Assembly: GCA_046483985.1 (NCBI GenBank)
Contig: JAWOCD010000080.1
Coordinates: forward strand, 28,096-92,095
Direction: 5' to 3'
Origin: Promethearchaeia archaeon
GTDB lineage: Archaea; Asgardarchaeota; Lokiarchaeia; Sigyniarchaeales; SOKP01
DNA: 64,000 nt
The position numbers and the translations under genes were made by a program. The notes beneath the pieces are model-generated. The model did not search any database. It was given only the letters and a program-made list of their open reading frames with translations, and had not been told where the DNA came from. The first letter of the stretch is position 1, and each line of letters starts with the position of its first letter. This document shows positions 18,996 to 29,389 of this stretch, piece by piece.

Positions 18996-21412
18996 TTAAT
19001 GGAATAAGCGGAATCAAAAGAAAGACCACTGCTGCTGAAGGGACAAAAAGGTATTTTCAAACTGTCAATTTAATCATCTCTCATTTCAGAAGAGAAGCTG
19101 ACAAGAAAAAGATTTTTGAACTCCTAGATGAAGGCTCGTTAATTGATCTTTTTTTAACCACGGCTACAATTCATTTATATCATAATTTGGGGATAAGGGT
19201 AGAGGATGCACTGGATGGGGGGACGGTATCAGTAAGTTCAACAAAGAAACTAGAAATGATGGAGAAAAAAAAAATTAAAAAAGAAATTACCCAGTTTTTA
19301 GATGATTCAATACAACTTGAAATAGATATATTTGAAAAGAAGATCGATTTAGAGAACTCTGTATTAGAATTTCTCCAGGATTCTCGAATTAAAAATCTAA
19401 GTGAACTTGAAACTCGGCAAACTTTGACTAATATCGAAAATAAAATTGAAAACCATATTTTAGAGATTGTAAGGGATTACCCCTCTTTTTATTTCTATGA
19501 CTTTATTGGAGATTTGATTGGAATTTCTGAACAAGTTAAATATGATATCTTAGAAAAAAGTTCTGATTTAAAGAATTTATCAGTTGAGATTGAGAAAAGG
19601 TTGAAGATGGAAGAAAAGGAGGATGATTTTATCGAAATATCCTCGCTCAATCACATTATCAAGATTGTAAAGGAAAGATTCGAAATAACTTCTCATAAGG
19701 AATTAGAAACCCAAGCAATGCCTTTAAGAATGATTAAAAAAGCAATTAAAGAAAAAACTTTCAACAAATATCCAATTTCCGTGTTTGGTCTTAGGGCGTA
19801 TCGTAAAGCAAATGAAGTGAAGGAGGGTTTATTACTTAAAATTAAGGAAAAGTTAAATCAGAAATTAAATTACAACGAATTTGAAAATGAGTGCCTTAAG
19901 TACTTAAGAGATGAAATAATCTCTCAGCTACAGACAAATCCAAATGATTTCATATATTTTATGGAAAATTTAAATGAAAGCCAATTCGAAGAAATCATTT
20001 ATTTTCTGAATAAACATGGAATCTACAATGTCATTCAGATGATTGGGATTAACGATGAGAAAATTCAGGCTGTTCGAAAAAATATGATTCGGTACAATAT
20101 TGATAAATACGATATAATGAAATTGGAAGATTATAAAAAAGATCCCCGATACTTGCTTTCACAGTTACTATGCGATATAGATATTGGTGATTTTAGACAT
20201 TTTATTAATGAAGCGGACGTTTCGGACACAGATGAGAAATCTCTGCTTTCTCTATTAATAGAAAGCGGGAAAGAACATGAAGAGATTTGGAGATATATCC
20301 AAGAAAATGGAAATATGAGTCAAGATGAGGTGAAGGATTTCATAAGAAAAAAAAAAGTAATTGATGATATTTTCCTTGAGAAAATTAACCTTAAAAATTA
20401 TTCCCAAATCCTTATCGTCCTTGAATTTGACGAATTATTGGAGAAATTAATCAAAGAGATATTTTATTATATTATCTCAAAAATACTGAGACAATTAAGT
20501 AGAATCATTGAGTTATATCATAAAATATCCAATGAAAAAAACTTATTTTTACTTGCAATCAAGAAGATCAGGGGAACCAAGGAGTCTGAAGAATGGGTAC
20601 GTATAAAACTCGAGGAATTGTTAATTCAACGGTTAGTGAAGAGACAAAAAGAATTACAAGCCCTTTTAAATGTGAAAGAAGAAAGTTATATAATTAATGG
20701 GTTTATCTTAGCGAGATTAAGAGACCATTCCCTCGAAGACGGAGTTATGGAACTCAAAGAGGAGGACAGTCCAATTTATGAAGGTGTTGAATCTTTAGTT
20801 CTAAAAAAGGAGATTCTTTCTCCCGTTTCCTATTGTTTAGCATACGATATTTTGAAAAGATTTGAAAATTACGAAGAGCTTCGAAAATTAAAAGTAAAAC
20901 GTATTCAAGAAGAGGAAAAACAAAAAGAAAAGAAAAAGAAAGAATTAATACGGAAAAAACAAGAGGATAGTACATTTAATTGGATTGAAAGAAGAATTAC
21001 ATCATCATTAATGAGAATTACCAGTCCGGGGATAAATCCCAATCAATTATACTGGAAAGAAAAAGATACCCGGATCGCAGCAGATAACCTTAAGATGCAT
21101 AGTGAATTGGACGGAAATACAATTGACCTATTAACAGAATATTTTAAATTCGCCGTTGAGAAAATTGATGATCTTAAATCTCCAAATATGAAATTGCCAG
21201 GAGAGAAGAAAATTAGACTTTTAGTCAAGAAAATAATAAATAATGTGCTAAAAGAAAGATTGAAGAAGGAAGAACCGAGCATATCAACAATAGAAAACAT
21301 GATTGAGGGAGAGAGAATTAAGATCTCAAAGGAAATCGCTAAAAAGATTGGAAAAATATTAGATAAAAGTCTGTATAAAAAATTTAAGTTCAAAAGAAGA
21401 AATGGAAGATAG
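18980..21412 (+). CDS. Large helical hypothetical protein
   Basis: 810-aa ORF overlapping both neighbours; start may be the ATG a few codons downstream. Confidence 0.7.
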   Translation: MGQKMINGISGIKRKTTAAEGTKRYFQTVNLIISHFRREADKKKIFELLDEGSLIDLFLTTATIHLYHNLGIRVEDALDGGTVSVSSTKKLEMMEKKKIKKEITQFLDDSIQLEIDIFEKKIDLENSVLEFLQDSRIKNLSELETRQTLTNIENKIENHILEIVRDYPSFYFYDFIGDLIGISEQVKYDILEKSSDLKNLSVEIEKRLKMEEKEDDFIEISSLNHIIKIVKERFEITSHKELETQAMPLRMIKKAIKEKTFNKYPISVFGLRAYRKANEVKEGLLLKIKEKLNQKLNYNEFENECLKYLRDEIISQLQTNPNDFIYFMENLNESQFEEIIYFLNKHGIYNVIQMIGINDEKIQAVRKNMIRYNIDKYDIMKLEDYKKDPRYLLSQLLCDIDIGDFRHFINEADVSDTDEKSLLSLLIESGKEHEEIWRYIQENGNMSQDEVKDFIRKKKVIDDIFLEKINLKNYSQILIVLEFDELLEKLIKEIFYYIISKILRQLSRIIELYHKISNEKNLFLLAIKKIRGTKESEEWVRIKLEELLIQRLVKRQKELQALLNVKEESYIINGFILARLRDHSLEDGVMELKEEDSPIYEGVESLVLKKEILSPVSYCLAYDILKRFENYEELRKLKVKRIQEEEKQKEKKKKELIRKKQEDSTFNWIERRITSSLMRITSPGINPNQLYWKEKDTRIAADNLKMHSELDGNTIDLLTEYFKFAVEKIDDLKSPNMKLPGEKKIRLLVKKIINNVLKERLKKEEPSISTIENMIEGERIKISKEIAKKIGKILDKSLYKKFKFKRRNGR

Positions 21413-22610
21413 GAAATTAAAATTTAGAAACTTTTATTCCAAAACACTCATTTTTTTTAAAAATTTAAATCATTTCCCACAAAATGAGACTCAGATTCTA
21501 AAATACATTAGAACATTAAATAATAATTTAATTAAGATTTTATCGAGTATTAAGGAAGAAATTCTTCGAAAAAACATTAATCTTGACTTTAAGGAAGAAT
21601 TTAAGGAAAATAAAAGAAAAAGAGAACTCTTTTTCCGAATAAAAACATACAAAAAACTTCAAGAAAATCTCCCTCTATTCGCACAATTATTAAAACACGA
21701 ATCTGTCAAAAATGAAGTTCTTAAAATTTTAACATCCTTTCTACAAAATTTCGAATTTAAAATCAGGAAACTTTTTTCAATATTTTATCGCCATTATAAA
21801 AAAGAGTTTTTATCTCTTGACCAAACAATTAGACTTATGAACATTTTGTTCGATAGGGCACCAGATATAACTCTGAACCTTTGTATAGAATCAATAAAGA
21901 AAGAAAAAGGAGTAAAGAATAAGGGAAAAATCATAACGAGACCTCTTTACCAAGTTTTAGTAGATAATGTGGATATCTATCCCGAACTTTATCGCCGAAA
22001 GTTGAACTTCTTTACTCGGGATTTAAAACGTAATATGATTAATAAAGGTTTTAACTGGAAAAATGACGAGCGAATTATCCATTTAATTGCTAAAAATTTA
22101 CCTCAAACTTTCAAATCAGCATTTTTTAAGATTCTAAATTTATACCAGCAAAAAATAATAAAAAAGTTGGAATCGAAAAATAAATACCTCGAACTCGCAA
22201 TAGAGCATATTTATTCAAATAATGCCTTTAGCATCTTTGGTTATTTTCAAGAGCGTATAGATATAGGTATAAAATATATATTCGGACTTATAAAAATCAG
22301 AGATAATTTCCTTACTGAATTCCTTTTAAGATTTCTTGTGGATCTCATCCATCATATCCGGATTTTTCTCAATGATGGTAGTTACAACAAAAATTTATAC
22401 TTAATTAGTCTAAAAATATTAAAATTTCTGAATAAGGAGAAAATTTATGACGAATATTTTCTTATTGCTATTCAATCTGAATTGAAAATTCATAGTTCTC
22501 GATTTATTGATAATCTAACTTCTAAAAAGGATTTCAAACATAGAGATTTAGCAAGTTCTTACGATACTTTAATTAAAATCCTCGAAGATTATTTGGACAC
22601 CATTTTTTAA
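21402..22610 (+). CDS. Helical hypothetical protein
   Basis: 402-aa ORF overlapping the upstream gene. Confidence 0.6.
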   Translation: MEDRKLKFRNFYSKTLIFFKNLNHFPQNETQILKYIRTLNNNLIKILSSIKEEILRKNINLDFKEEFKENKRKRELFFRIKTYKKLQENLPLFAQLLKHESVKNEVLKILTSFLQNFEFKIRKLFSIFYRHYKKEFLSLDQTIRLMNILFDRAPDITLNLCIESIKKEKGVKNKGKIITRPLYQVLVDNVDIYPELYRRKLNFFTRDLKRNMINKGFNWKNDERIIHLIAKNLPQTFKSAFFKILNLYQQKIIKKLESKNKYLELAIEHIYSNNAFSIFGYFQERIDIGIKYIFGLIKIRDNFLTEFLLRFLVDLIHHIRIFLNDGSYNKNLYLISLKILKFLNKEKIYDEYFLIAIQSELKIHSSRFIDNLTSKKDFKHRDLASSYDTLIKILEDYLDTIF

Positions 22611-22671
22611 TCATAAAAAATAATATAGATTAAATACTTCGATTAATAATAAGAAACAAATTTTTCATAAG

Positions 22672-22947
22672 ATGACGTCTATACTTACTTGGTTTAAGAA
22701 AGAAGTAGTTTTTTTAAAAGATTCAATTCCATTAATATTAAAAGCATGTGTTTTATTTTTACTCATTTTCTCAGGGTTAGGAATATCTATTTTCTTAAGA
22801 GTGTCTGGTTTCAACGGAGTAATAATCTCCTTGGGGGGTATCGTCGTTGAGGCCCTTGGTATAATCGTGCTTTATTTTTTCTTGAATGGATATTTTCAGC
22901 AAGTAGAAAAGGAAAAAAGGAAAAAAGTGAAAGGTAAAAAAAAATAA
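22672..22947 (+). CDS. Small two-TM protein with basic C-terminal tail
   Basis: Two hydrophobic helices; ends KKVKGKKK. Confidence 0.6.
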   Translation: MTSILTWFKKEVVFLKDSIPLILKACVLFLLIFSGLGISIFLRVSGFNGVIISLGGIVVEALGIIVLYFFLNGYFQQVEKEKRKKVKGKKK

Positions 22948-22951
22948 TACC

Positions 22952-23674
22952 TTAAGGGACATATTGTTGCCATGCTTGGGCTATCCCTTGATTCTTTAAA
23001 AAATTTCTAATATCTGTAAGGAGAATATTTGGATCATACTCCCATGCTTTATCTTTATTAAAGGAAATACACTTTAAGTTATCGACTTTAAAAACTGATT
23101 GAAAAAGTATCCCATACATTGAAACTTGTGGTAAAGATTTAAGAAAATGGCCTTCAGGTTTATAATCCACAATCTTAAAGGCGGCTTGCTCGATTTGGAC
23201 TAAATCGATATGACCAGTGAGAAATTCATTATTAAATTTCTTCCAAATAGGGACTTCAATCGCAATAGCACATTTATCTTTGATTAAGATGTGCTTTAAG
23301 ACAGGATCATGGCCGGGTTTTTTATTGATTTTATTCTTTTTATAGATTTGATAGACATTAGCGGCATATTTTGATAGTTTATGATCAGATCCAAATTTTT
23401 TTACTTTTCCAGAATTTATCAATTCTCTACTAAAACTTGGCAGAAACCCTCTTTTTAGCCCTTTAATTCGAAATTGAGAAATTCGGGGCATGTTTCTCGC
23501 ATTGAAAATTTGGTTTGGAATTGCACCCTTATGGACCTTTTTAAAGTACATTTCAAGTTTCTTGAATTGTTTACGGTTGTTTTGATATTCACTATAGGTT
23601 CTCTGGTGATTCTGAAAATTCCAATTAAAGCTATATTTTATTTTTCTATGGAAGAAATCTTTTCGTTTTATCAT
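22952..23674 (-). CDS. PD-(D/E)XK nuclease family protein (RecB-like nuclease fold)
   Basis: E-VPI...GHIDL...IVDYK...QVSMY motifs. Confidence 0.8.
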   Translation of the reverse strand: MIKRKDFFHRKIKYSFNWNFQNHQRTYSEYQNNRKQFKKLEMYFKKVHKGAIPNQIFNARNMPRISQFRIKGLKRGFLPSFSRELINSGKVKKFGSDHKLSKYAANVYQIYKKNKINKKPGHDPVLKHILIKDKCAIAIEVPIWKKFNNEFLTGHIDLVQIEQAAFKIVDYKPEGHFLKSLPQVSMYGILFQSVFKVDNLKCISFNKDKAWEYDPNILLTDIRNFLKNQGIAQAWQQYVP

Positions 23675-23895
23675 CTAATCTTTTAAGTCCCATACAGTTT
23701 CTTTTTATTTAGACTATACATACTTATAGAGTTTTTAGATTAATTAATCCTACATATTAACGATTTATTAAAACAAATGGAATTGCTACTTAAGGACTAA
23801 AAAATTAAACTTTTTATTTAATAAGAGCAAAATTTAATATTATATATTAAATAGGAAAAAAAGAGTAAAAATTATTATTTAGTATTGACCTGAAA

Positions 23896-24585
23896 ATGAA
23901 GAAAAAAAAGGAAAAAGCAAAAAAAAGCAAGAAGAAAAAGAAGGAAAAGCCAAAGAAAAAACCAAAAAGTATGAAAAGGCTCATGAGCATTCCTGAGCCC
24001 CGGGAACAAGCCCTTAGAGCTGCGGGGGGTGGTCTTGCAGGTGTACTCAGTGTTGTTGCTCTTACATATATTCTTTGGGGAATAATGGAAGATGAAAGTA
24101 TTTTATATGCGGGTTTTATGCTTGATACCCTTTCAATGGGTAACGGTTTTAATGCCTTCCTTGGAATGTGGGCTTTATCCTTTACACCATTCACCTCTAT
24201 TGGGGCTATTCTCGTTAATTGGCAAGATAACTTGCTTTATGTTATGATCCCTATACTTTTTTCTGGATGTGTAATTGGAATTACCACTAAAAGACTAACT
24301 ACTGCGATATTGGGTGGAATCTTTTTTATTTTCTGGGGATTCGTCTTGCCCATTTTGTTTGTATATCTATTTTCTATTTTCGGGGTTTTTGATCCCGTCA
24401 TAGTTAATGCAACCTTAGCGGGGATCCTTGAAAATCCGTTAAATAGTTGGAATTACGATTGGTTACTAGGTATTTTTAATAATCTTTATATCACATGGAG
24501 TGCCGCTGGAGCCTTAGAACTCGGAGTTTTAGCTACCGTTATTGCACTCCCATTTGCCGGAATTTTACAATTAATAAAAAGATAA
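23896..24585 (+). CDS. Multi-pass membrane protein with Lys-rich N-terminus
   Basis: Several TM segments. Confidence 0.65.
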   Translation: MKKKKEKAKKSKKKKKEKPKKKPKSMKRLMSIPEPREQALRAAGGGLAGVLSVVALTYILWGIMEDESILYAGFMLDTLSMGNGFNAFLGMWALSFTPFTSIGAILVNWQDNLLYVMIPILFSGCVIGITTKRLTTAILGGIFFIFWGFVLPILFVYLFSIFGVFDPVIVNATLAGILENPLNSWNYDWLLGIFNNLYITWSAAGALELGVLATVIALPFAGILQLIKR

Positions 24586-24700
24586 TTTTTTTTCAAATTT
24601 TAAATTTCTTATTTTCTACTTAGATTTCTCTTATTTCAATAAAATTTAAACATTTTATTTCCTTAATAAATAGTAAGATTTAATTCTGATTTAGCAAATT

Positions 24701-24795
24701 GGACTTGTAGCCTAGCACGGTTATTTTAAAAATAGTGTAAATAGGGCGTCGGACTTCTAATCCGAATGTCGCAGGTTCAAATCCTGCCAAGTCCG
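24701..24795 (+). tRNA. tRNA-Arg(TCT) with 20-nt D-loop intron (24721-24740)
   Basis: Acceptor GGACTTG/CAAGTCC, anticodon arm TCGGA-CTTCTAA-TCCGA, T-arm GCAGG-TTCAAAT-CCTGC; BHB with gcac/gtgt helix and ggt and aaa bulges. Confidence 0.9.
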
Positions 24796-24988
24796 CTAAT
24801 AATTTTTATGATTAAGACATATTGTATTTTTTAATATCTTTTTAATTGTCGCGATTTCAAATTAGCGTTTAAAAATTCTAATGTGAGGAGAAGAATAAAT
24901 TTTTAATAACCGAGAAAATTAATTAATTAGTGTTTGGTAAAAATTAATATAAAACTGAGGAATTATAAATAGGGAGTCTTAAAGGATA

Positions 24989-26134
24989 ATGAGTCTTGAA
25001 GATGAATTAAAATTACAAAAAGCTAATGAAAGGATTTCAGAATTAATGTCTGAGTTAAATAAAGCAAAAGAAAAAATCTCGGAATTAATGACAGAATTAA
25101 ATGAAGCAAAAAATAAAGAAATTAGATTAAATGGAGAAGTCCATAACCTAGAAGCAGAAATTAAATATATGAAAGCTCAGAGTAAGAACGTTGATTTATT
25201 AAATGATAGAATAGAATTTTTGGAGGAAAATAGGGATAAATTAAATTCTCAAATAGAAAATCTGGAAGAAAAAATCGAAGAGAAGGAAAATAGAATTGAT
25301 AATCTTTCAGAAGATAAAGAACAGTTGTTGAATGAAAAATCAGATATTTTAGAGGAAAAGAACGAGAGCCTTCAGAAAATAACGGATAAGGAGCTAGAGA
25401 TACAAGAAAAAGATCAAAAGCTGGCGGATTTAAACGCAAAATTGAAGGAAGTAAACAGTGATTTACTGACCAAAACAATGGAGATTGATAAAATCGTAAA
25501 AGAATCGAAAAAAGAAAAGAAGAAAGTTGAAGAGTTACAAGAAAAAGTAACCAATCTTCAAGAAGAAAACAAAAAATTAAAAGAACAAGTGGAGAAAGCC
25601 AAAGATTCAGAAAATCAACAAGTTAAAAATTTAAAAGAGAAAGTCACACAACTAAAGAAACAAGTGAGATCAAAAACAGATGAGATCACACAACTAAAGA
25701 ATCAAACGAGATCACAAACAGATGAAGTCATTGGGACTTATTCTCAAATGGAAGAAATCTCCCAATATATTAAAGATACTTTAGCTAAAGGTAAAAACAC
25801 AATTCGACTCATAATACCTGACATTAATGATATAAAAACGTACGGTCTTATAGATGGTTTGAAACAGACTGGTAAGAATGTGGTGGTTAATATTGCAACA
25901 AAAATTGAGGATCCTTATACCGATCCATTTGTTAAAGAATTAAAAAACCATTGTCAATTAACTAAATATTCTGAAAATGATATTATTGGATTAAATGTCG
26001 ACTCAGAGCATATGCTTATTAGTAGAGGGAAGGGAGAATCCGTTTCTGCTGTATATACCGCACATCCTGAATTTATAGAGGTCTTTAAGCAAATAATTAT
26101 GGAACCCTTTATCAATGGAAAAAGGATTTATTAA
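24989..26134 (+). CDS. Long coiled-coil protein with C-terminal TrmB-effector/PLD-like domain
   Basis: About 250 aa of heptads, then an alpha/beta domain (IRLIIP, VNIAT, IIGLNVDSEHMLI). Confidence 0.6.
   Translation: MSLEDELKLQKANERISELMSELNKAKEKISELMTELNEAKNKEIRLNGEVHNLEAEIKYMKAQSKNVDLLNDRIEFLEENRDKLNSQIENLEEKIEEKENRIDNLSEDKEQLLNEKSDILEEKNESLQKITDKELEIQEKDQKLADLNAKLKEVNSDLLTKTMEIDKIVKESKKEKKKVEELQEKVTNLQEENKKLKEQVEKAKDSENQQVKNLKEKVTQLKKQVRSKTDEITQLKNQTRSQTDEVIGTYSQMEEISQYIKDTLAKGKNTIRLIIPDINDIKTYGLIDGLKQTGKNVVVNIATKIEDPYTDPFVKELKNHCQLTKYSENDIIGLNVDSEHMLISRGKGESVSAVYTAHPEFIEVFKQIIMEPFINGKRIY
25644..25727 (+). repeat. Two copies of a 42-bp in-frame tandem repeat
   Basis: tcacacaactaaagaa... 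recurs at offset 42 (TQLKKQVRSKTDEI / TQLKNQTRSQTDEV). Confidence 0.8.
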
Positions 26135-26161
26135 TCTATTTTTGATATAAGAAGCCTTAGA

Positions 26162-27298
26162 TTATCTTTCAGTTATATAAGCATCGATCACAACTAAATC
26201 CCTCTTAGGAGAGTAGGGTTTAACAACCTTTTTGGAGAGTATTTTATTTAGGTCCCAGTCCAGATTTTTAAGGGAAGATTTTAATCTCTTTAATGCAATT
26301 TCTAAGGGAGCAGCATTTTCAGCAAATTGATAGTTATGGATTATTCCACCGCTCGGTTTTAACAAGTAGCACGCAATGTTAATAAATTCTAAGGATCTCT
26401 CAGGTAGATTCATGAGAACTCTATCAATTTTGCTGGATAACTTCCGACCAATCTCATTGTCGGGATTAGAAAGATCTCTCACATTGAGATTATATGCTTT
26501 AACTGTTCCTCGTAGTGGGTTTAAGGCTATGTTCTTTTTTAAATAACTGACCGCTTCTGGATTTTTGTCAAATGCATAAATATTTACCTTATGCTTTTTA
26601 GCAATTTGAATGGAAAAAGGGCCTACTCCAGCAAATAAATCTCCTATAATTTCTCCCGTCTTATAATCAAAATTAGAGATTCTGTTTCGCTCATATACTA
26701 AACGAGGTGTAAAAAAAGTATGCTGTATATCTAATTTAAAAACACAGCTATTCTCCTTATATACGGTTTCAGTATTATCATCCCCGTACAAATGCTCTAA
26801 TTCTCTTAATCGGTAATCCCCTTTTATTTTAGTTTTCTTTTCATAAACTCCATTAACATTTTTATTCACTTGAGTTATTGCTTTAGAAATTGCTTTCTTT
26901 ATAGCGAATGGTATCTCTGAGTATTCCTCGTGAGATTTAAACTCAACAACGGCAATAGAACCAATTATATCATATGATTGGGGAATATATTGGAATGCTG
27001 CTTCAGGAATCTTGTTTTCCAAAGCTTCTTCCAAAGTTTTATATTTATAATCTTCATTTTTTATGCCTCTTCGACGAATTTTTTTAAATTCTATGCCACT
27101 CTTCTCCAATTTACGAGATATCTCAGTTAATTGGGAAGGATTTTCAATTAACGGAAAAAGAATAAAATCATCTTTATGTTCCACTTTATACCTATGATTA
27201 ATTATCGGCTTTTTGTTATTGTTATTCTTAAGAATTTTAATGAATTGATTTCCATCTTTTTTCCTAACTTTTAAGAATGGAATATTATTTTCCTTCAT
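26162..27298 (-). CDS. trm5: tRNA (guanine37-N1)-methyltransferase Trm5/Met-10+ family
   Basis: SYDIIGSIA, FTPRL, DLFAGVGPF and MNLP motifs. Confidence 0.85.
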   Translation of the reverse strand: MKENNIPFLKVRKKDGNQFIKILKNNNNKKPIINHRYKVEHKDDFILFPLIENPSQLTEISRKLEKSGIEFKKIRRRGIKNEDYKYKTLEEALENKIPEAAFQYIPQSYDIIGSIAVVEFKSHEEYSEIPFAIKKAISKAITQVNKNVNGVYEKKTKIKGDYRLRELEHLYGDDNTETVYKENSCVFKLDIQHTFFTPRLVYERNRISNFDYKTGEIIGDLFAGVGPFSIQIAKKHKVNIYAFDKNPEAVSYLKKNIALNPLRGTVKAYNLNVRDLSNPDNEIGRKLSSKIDRVLMNLPERSLEFINIACYLLKPSGGIIHNYQFAENAAPLEIALKRLKSSLKNLDWDLNKILSKKVVKPYSPKRDLVVIDAYITER

Positions 27299-27737
27299 AA
27301 TTTTTAAATCTTTTTATTATTAATTGAAGCCTATTATGTCTATTTCTAAGGGCCCTTACCAATTTACGATCTATATCAGCAGCGGACTTAGAACATCTGA
27401 TCAAAAGAGTTCGATTACATATAAAATCGCTGGTTCTAAATACGATATCATGTTGATGAGATAGAGTAAGATCTTCATGACCATAACCGTAAAATGAATC
27501 AATTAGATTTCCACATTTAACTTGAACGAGTAATTTTTTTCCATTATGGATACACTCAATTAATTTTTCATTTAAATCAGCACATGCTTTAGTGGCATTA
27601 ACGCCTAGTATACAATCCCCATTTAGAGTAAGATCCTTCTCTTTGGTTAGTTCAATTGTGGAAGGATGAGTACAAAGAATATTTTTATGACCTATGGCTT
27701 CAATAGTATCTAATACTTTCAAAGTATCATCCTCCAT
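27285..27737 (-). CDS. DUF371 family protein
   Basis: GHxNI...HxSTIE...GDCILGV...KSAADIDR pattern. Confidence 0.85.
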   Translation of the reverse strand: MEDDTLKVLDTIEAIGHKNILCTHPSTIELTKEKDLTLNGDCILGVNATKACADLNEKLIECIHNGKKLLVQVKCGNLIDSFYGYGHEDLTLSHQHDIVFRTSDFICNRTLLIRCSKSAADIDRKLVRALRNRHNRLQLIIKRFKNYEGK

Positions 27738-29367
27738 TATTAAAGAAATTTAGAATCTCTTCCAGGTTATTCGATGTAAATAGATCATTTTCAAAAAATT
27801 TATTAAAGGTTTCCTTGGTGGCACCAATTAAATGCTTATCGAAAGTAACGACTTCGTCATATTCGTTGATATATGTTTTTGGTAAGAACAGTCCGCATTT
27901 TTGATAATTGTTAGAATGGGTATTGAGAAATTTTTTGATTTTTTCTCGCGTATTGAAGATATGATAATCATTCTTTATAATATGTTTAACAGATTCATAT
28001 TGACCCATAGGAAATGTTTGCGCCAATTCTAATGGAATAAGCCCAAAAACATTAGAAAGAAAGGATACATGGATTAAAGGCCTCGGACAAATCTGATTAT
28101 GATCAAGTTGTTTTAGCCATCTTTTAATTGAGAGCGAATTTCCCGCTTTTAAATCTAATTCTGGAATTATTAAAAGAAAACGCGCTCTATTGGGAGCCCG
28201 ATACATATCTTTTAATCTTTGTGAATAGCGATAATTTAAAGGCCTGGAAAGGCTTTCAAATGTGGTATAAAATCGACCGTGATTCTTATATATAGGTTCA
28301 TGTTTTTCGAATAAGGGTAAATATTCTTTTACAATTCTAAAAGCGTTTACTAATTCCGGATGATTTCTAATCCTTTGTTCCACTAACTCCCATAAATTAC
28401 CTTCTCTAATTGCTTGGCGTACTTTTCTAAGCTCCGAAAAGGAAACATAAAGGTTGTGTTTTGCCAATAATTTCGTCTTTATATCTTCGGGCATTTTTTT
28501 TAGTTGCTTAGGAGTATATTCGCAGCAAATGGGACAACTACATGGGAACTCTTTTAAATTATCCAATTTTTTAGTCCCAGTTGATATTGTAAAATACCGA
28601 TCTTCTTTGGCGAACAAAATATATGCTGCAGAATCCATCAAGTCACAACCACATGCAACGGCAAGGGAAAAAAATTGTGGTAACCCTAACCCGAACATAT
28701 GTAGAGGTTTATTTGAGGGGATATATTGTTTCACTGTAAGTAGCATTTCTAAAATAGCGTTAAATCTGTATTTGAGAAAGGATTTTACGAGGCCGCCCAA
28801 TGCCCAAATATCAAATTGTAATTCTCCCATTTTCTCTGCGCTTAGCCTTAATAAGTCTTTATGTATTCCCCCATGAATGGGTCCAAACCAGTGACATTTT
28901 TGGTTTCTTCTGCGCTTAATATTGTCTTTTGCTCGTTTAATTGTGGTAAGCACTTTACTTTTTGCTTTTTCATAGTCATCTTCAATTTGTACGGGAAGAT
29001 CAAGAATAACTGGCATATCAGAACCTATATCTTCTTGAAAAGCTTCAATTTTTTTAGGATCAATAGGAATTGAATTATCATACATATATTGTTGGAAAGC
29101 GCCACTATCAGTGGCAATTAATCCATCGTACTCCAAAAATCGGTGGATATTCTGACTTATAATTTTATCTCGAAATTTTTGATTTTGGTACATAATAAAA
29201 GAATTTGTAAATATAGCATTAGCTCCAAATTCTTTTAACTCTGGTGGCTGGATAATTTGATCGAAAGGATGAACAACAGGTATTAAATTTGGAGTTATTA
29301 ATTTCTTTCCGTTAATTTCCAATTGACCAATCCGGGATAAAGCATCAACTTCCTCAATTTCATACAT
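27727..29367 (-). CDS. tgtA: Archaeosine tRNA-guanine(15) transglycosylase
   Basis: TDSGAFQ, PLHMFG, DSAAY, CSCPIC and HNL motifs. Confidence 0.9.
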   Translation of the reverse strand: MYEIEEVDALSRIGQLEINGKKLITPNLIPVVHPFDQIIQPPELKEFGANAIFTNSFIMYQNQKFRDKIISQNIHRFLEYDGLIATDSGAFQQYMYDNSIPIDPKKIEAFQEDIGSDMPVILDLPVQIEDDYEKAKSKVLTTIKRAKDNIKRRRNQKCHWFGPIHGGIHKDLLRLSAEKMGELQFDIWALGGLVKSFLKYRFNAILEMLLTVKQYIPSNKPLHMFGLGLPQFFSLAVACGCDLMDSAAYILFAKEDRYFTISTGTKKLDNLKEFPCSCPICCEYTPKQLKKMPEDIKTKLLAKHNLYVSFSELRKVRQAIREGNLWELVEQRIRNHPELVNAFRIVKEYLPLFEKHEPIYKNHGRFYTTFESLSRPLNYRYSQRLKDMYRAPNRARFLLIIPELDLKAGNSLSIKRWLKQLDHNQICPRPLIHVSFLSNVFGLIPLELAQTFPMGQYESVKHIIKNDYHIFNTREKIKKFLNTHSNNYQKCGLFLPKTYINEYDEVVTFDKHLIGATKETFNKFFENDLFTSNNLEEILNFFNNGG

Positions 29368-29389
29368 TAGGTTTCAATTCTTCTGTCAT

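Noticed and set aside
22952-23674. Cas4 or CRISPR-associated nuclease
   Set aside because: PD-(D/E)XK motifs are present, but there is no four-Cys Fe-S pattern, no other cas genes and no repeat-spacer array seen in the window.
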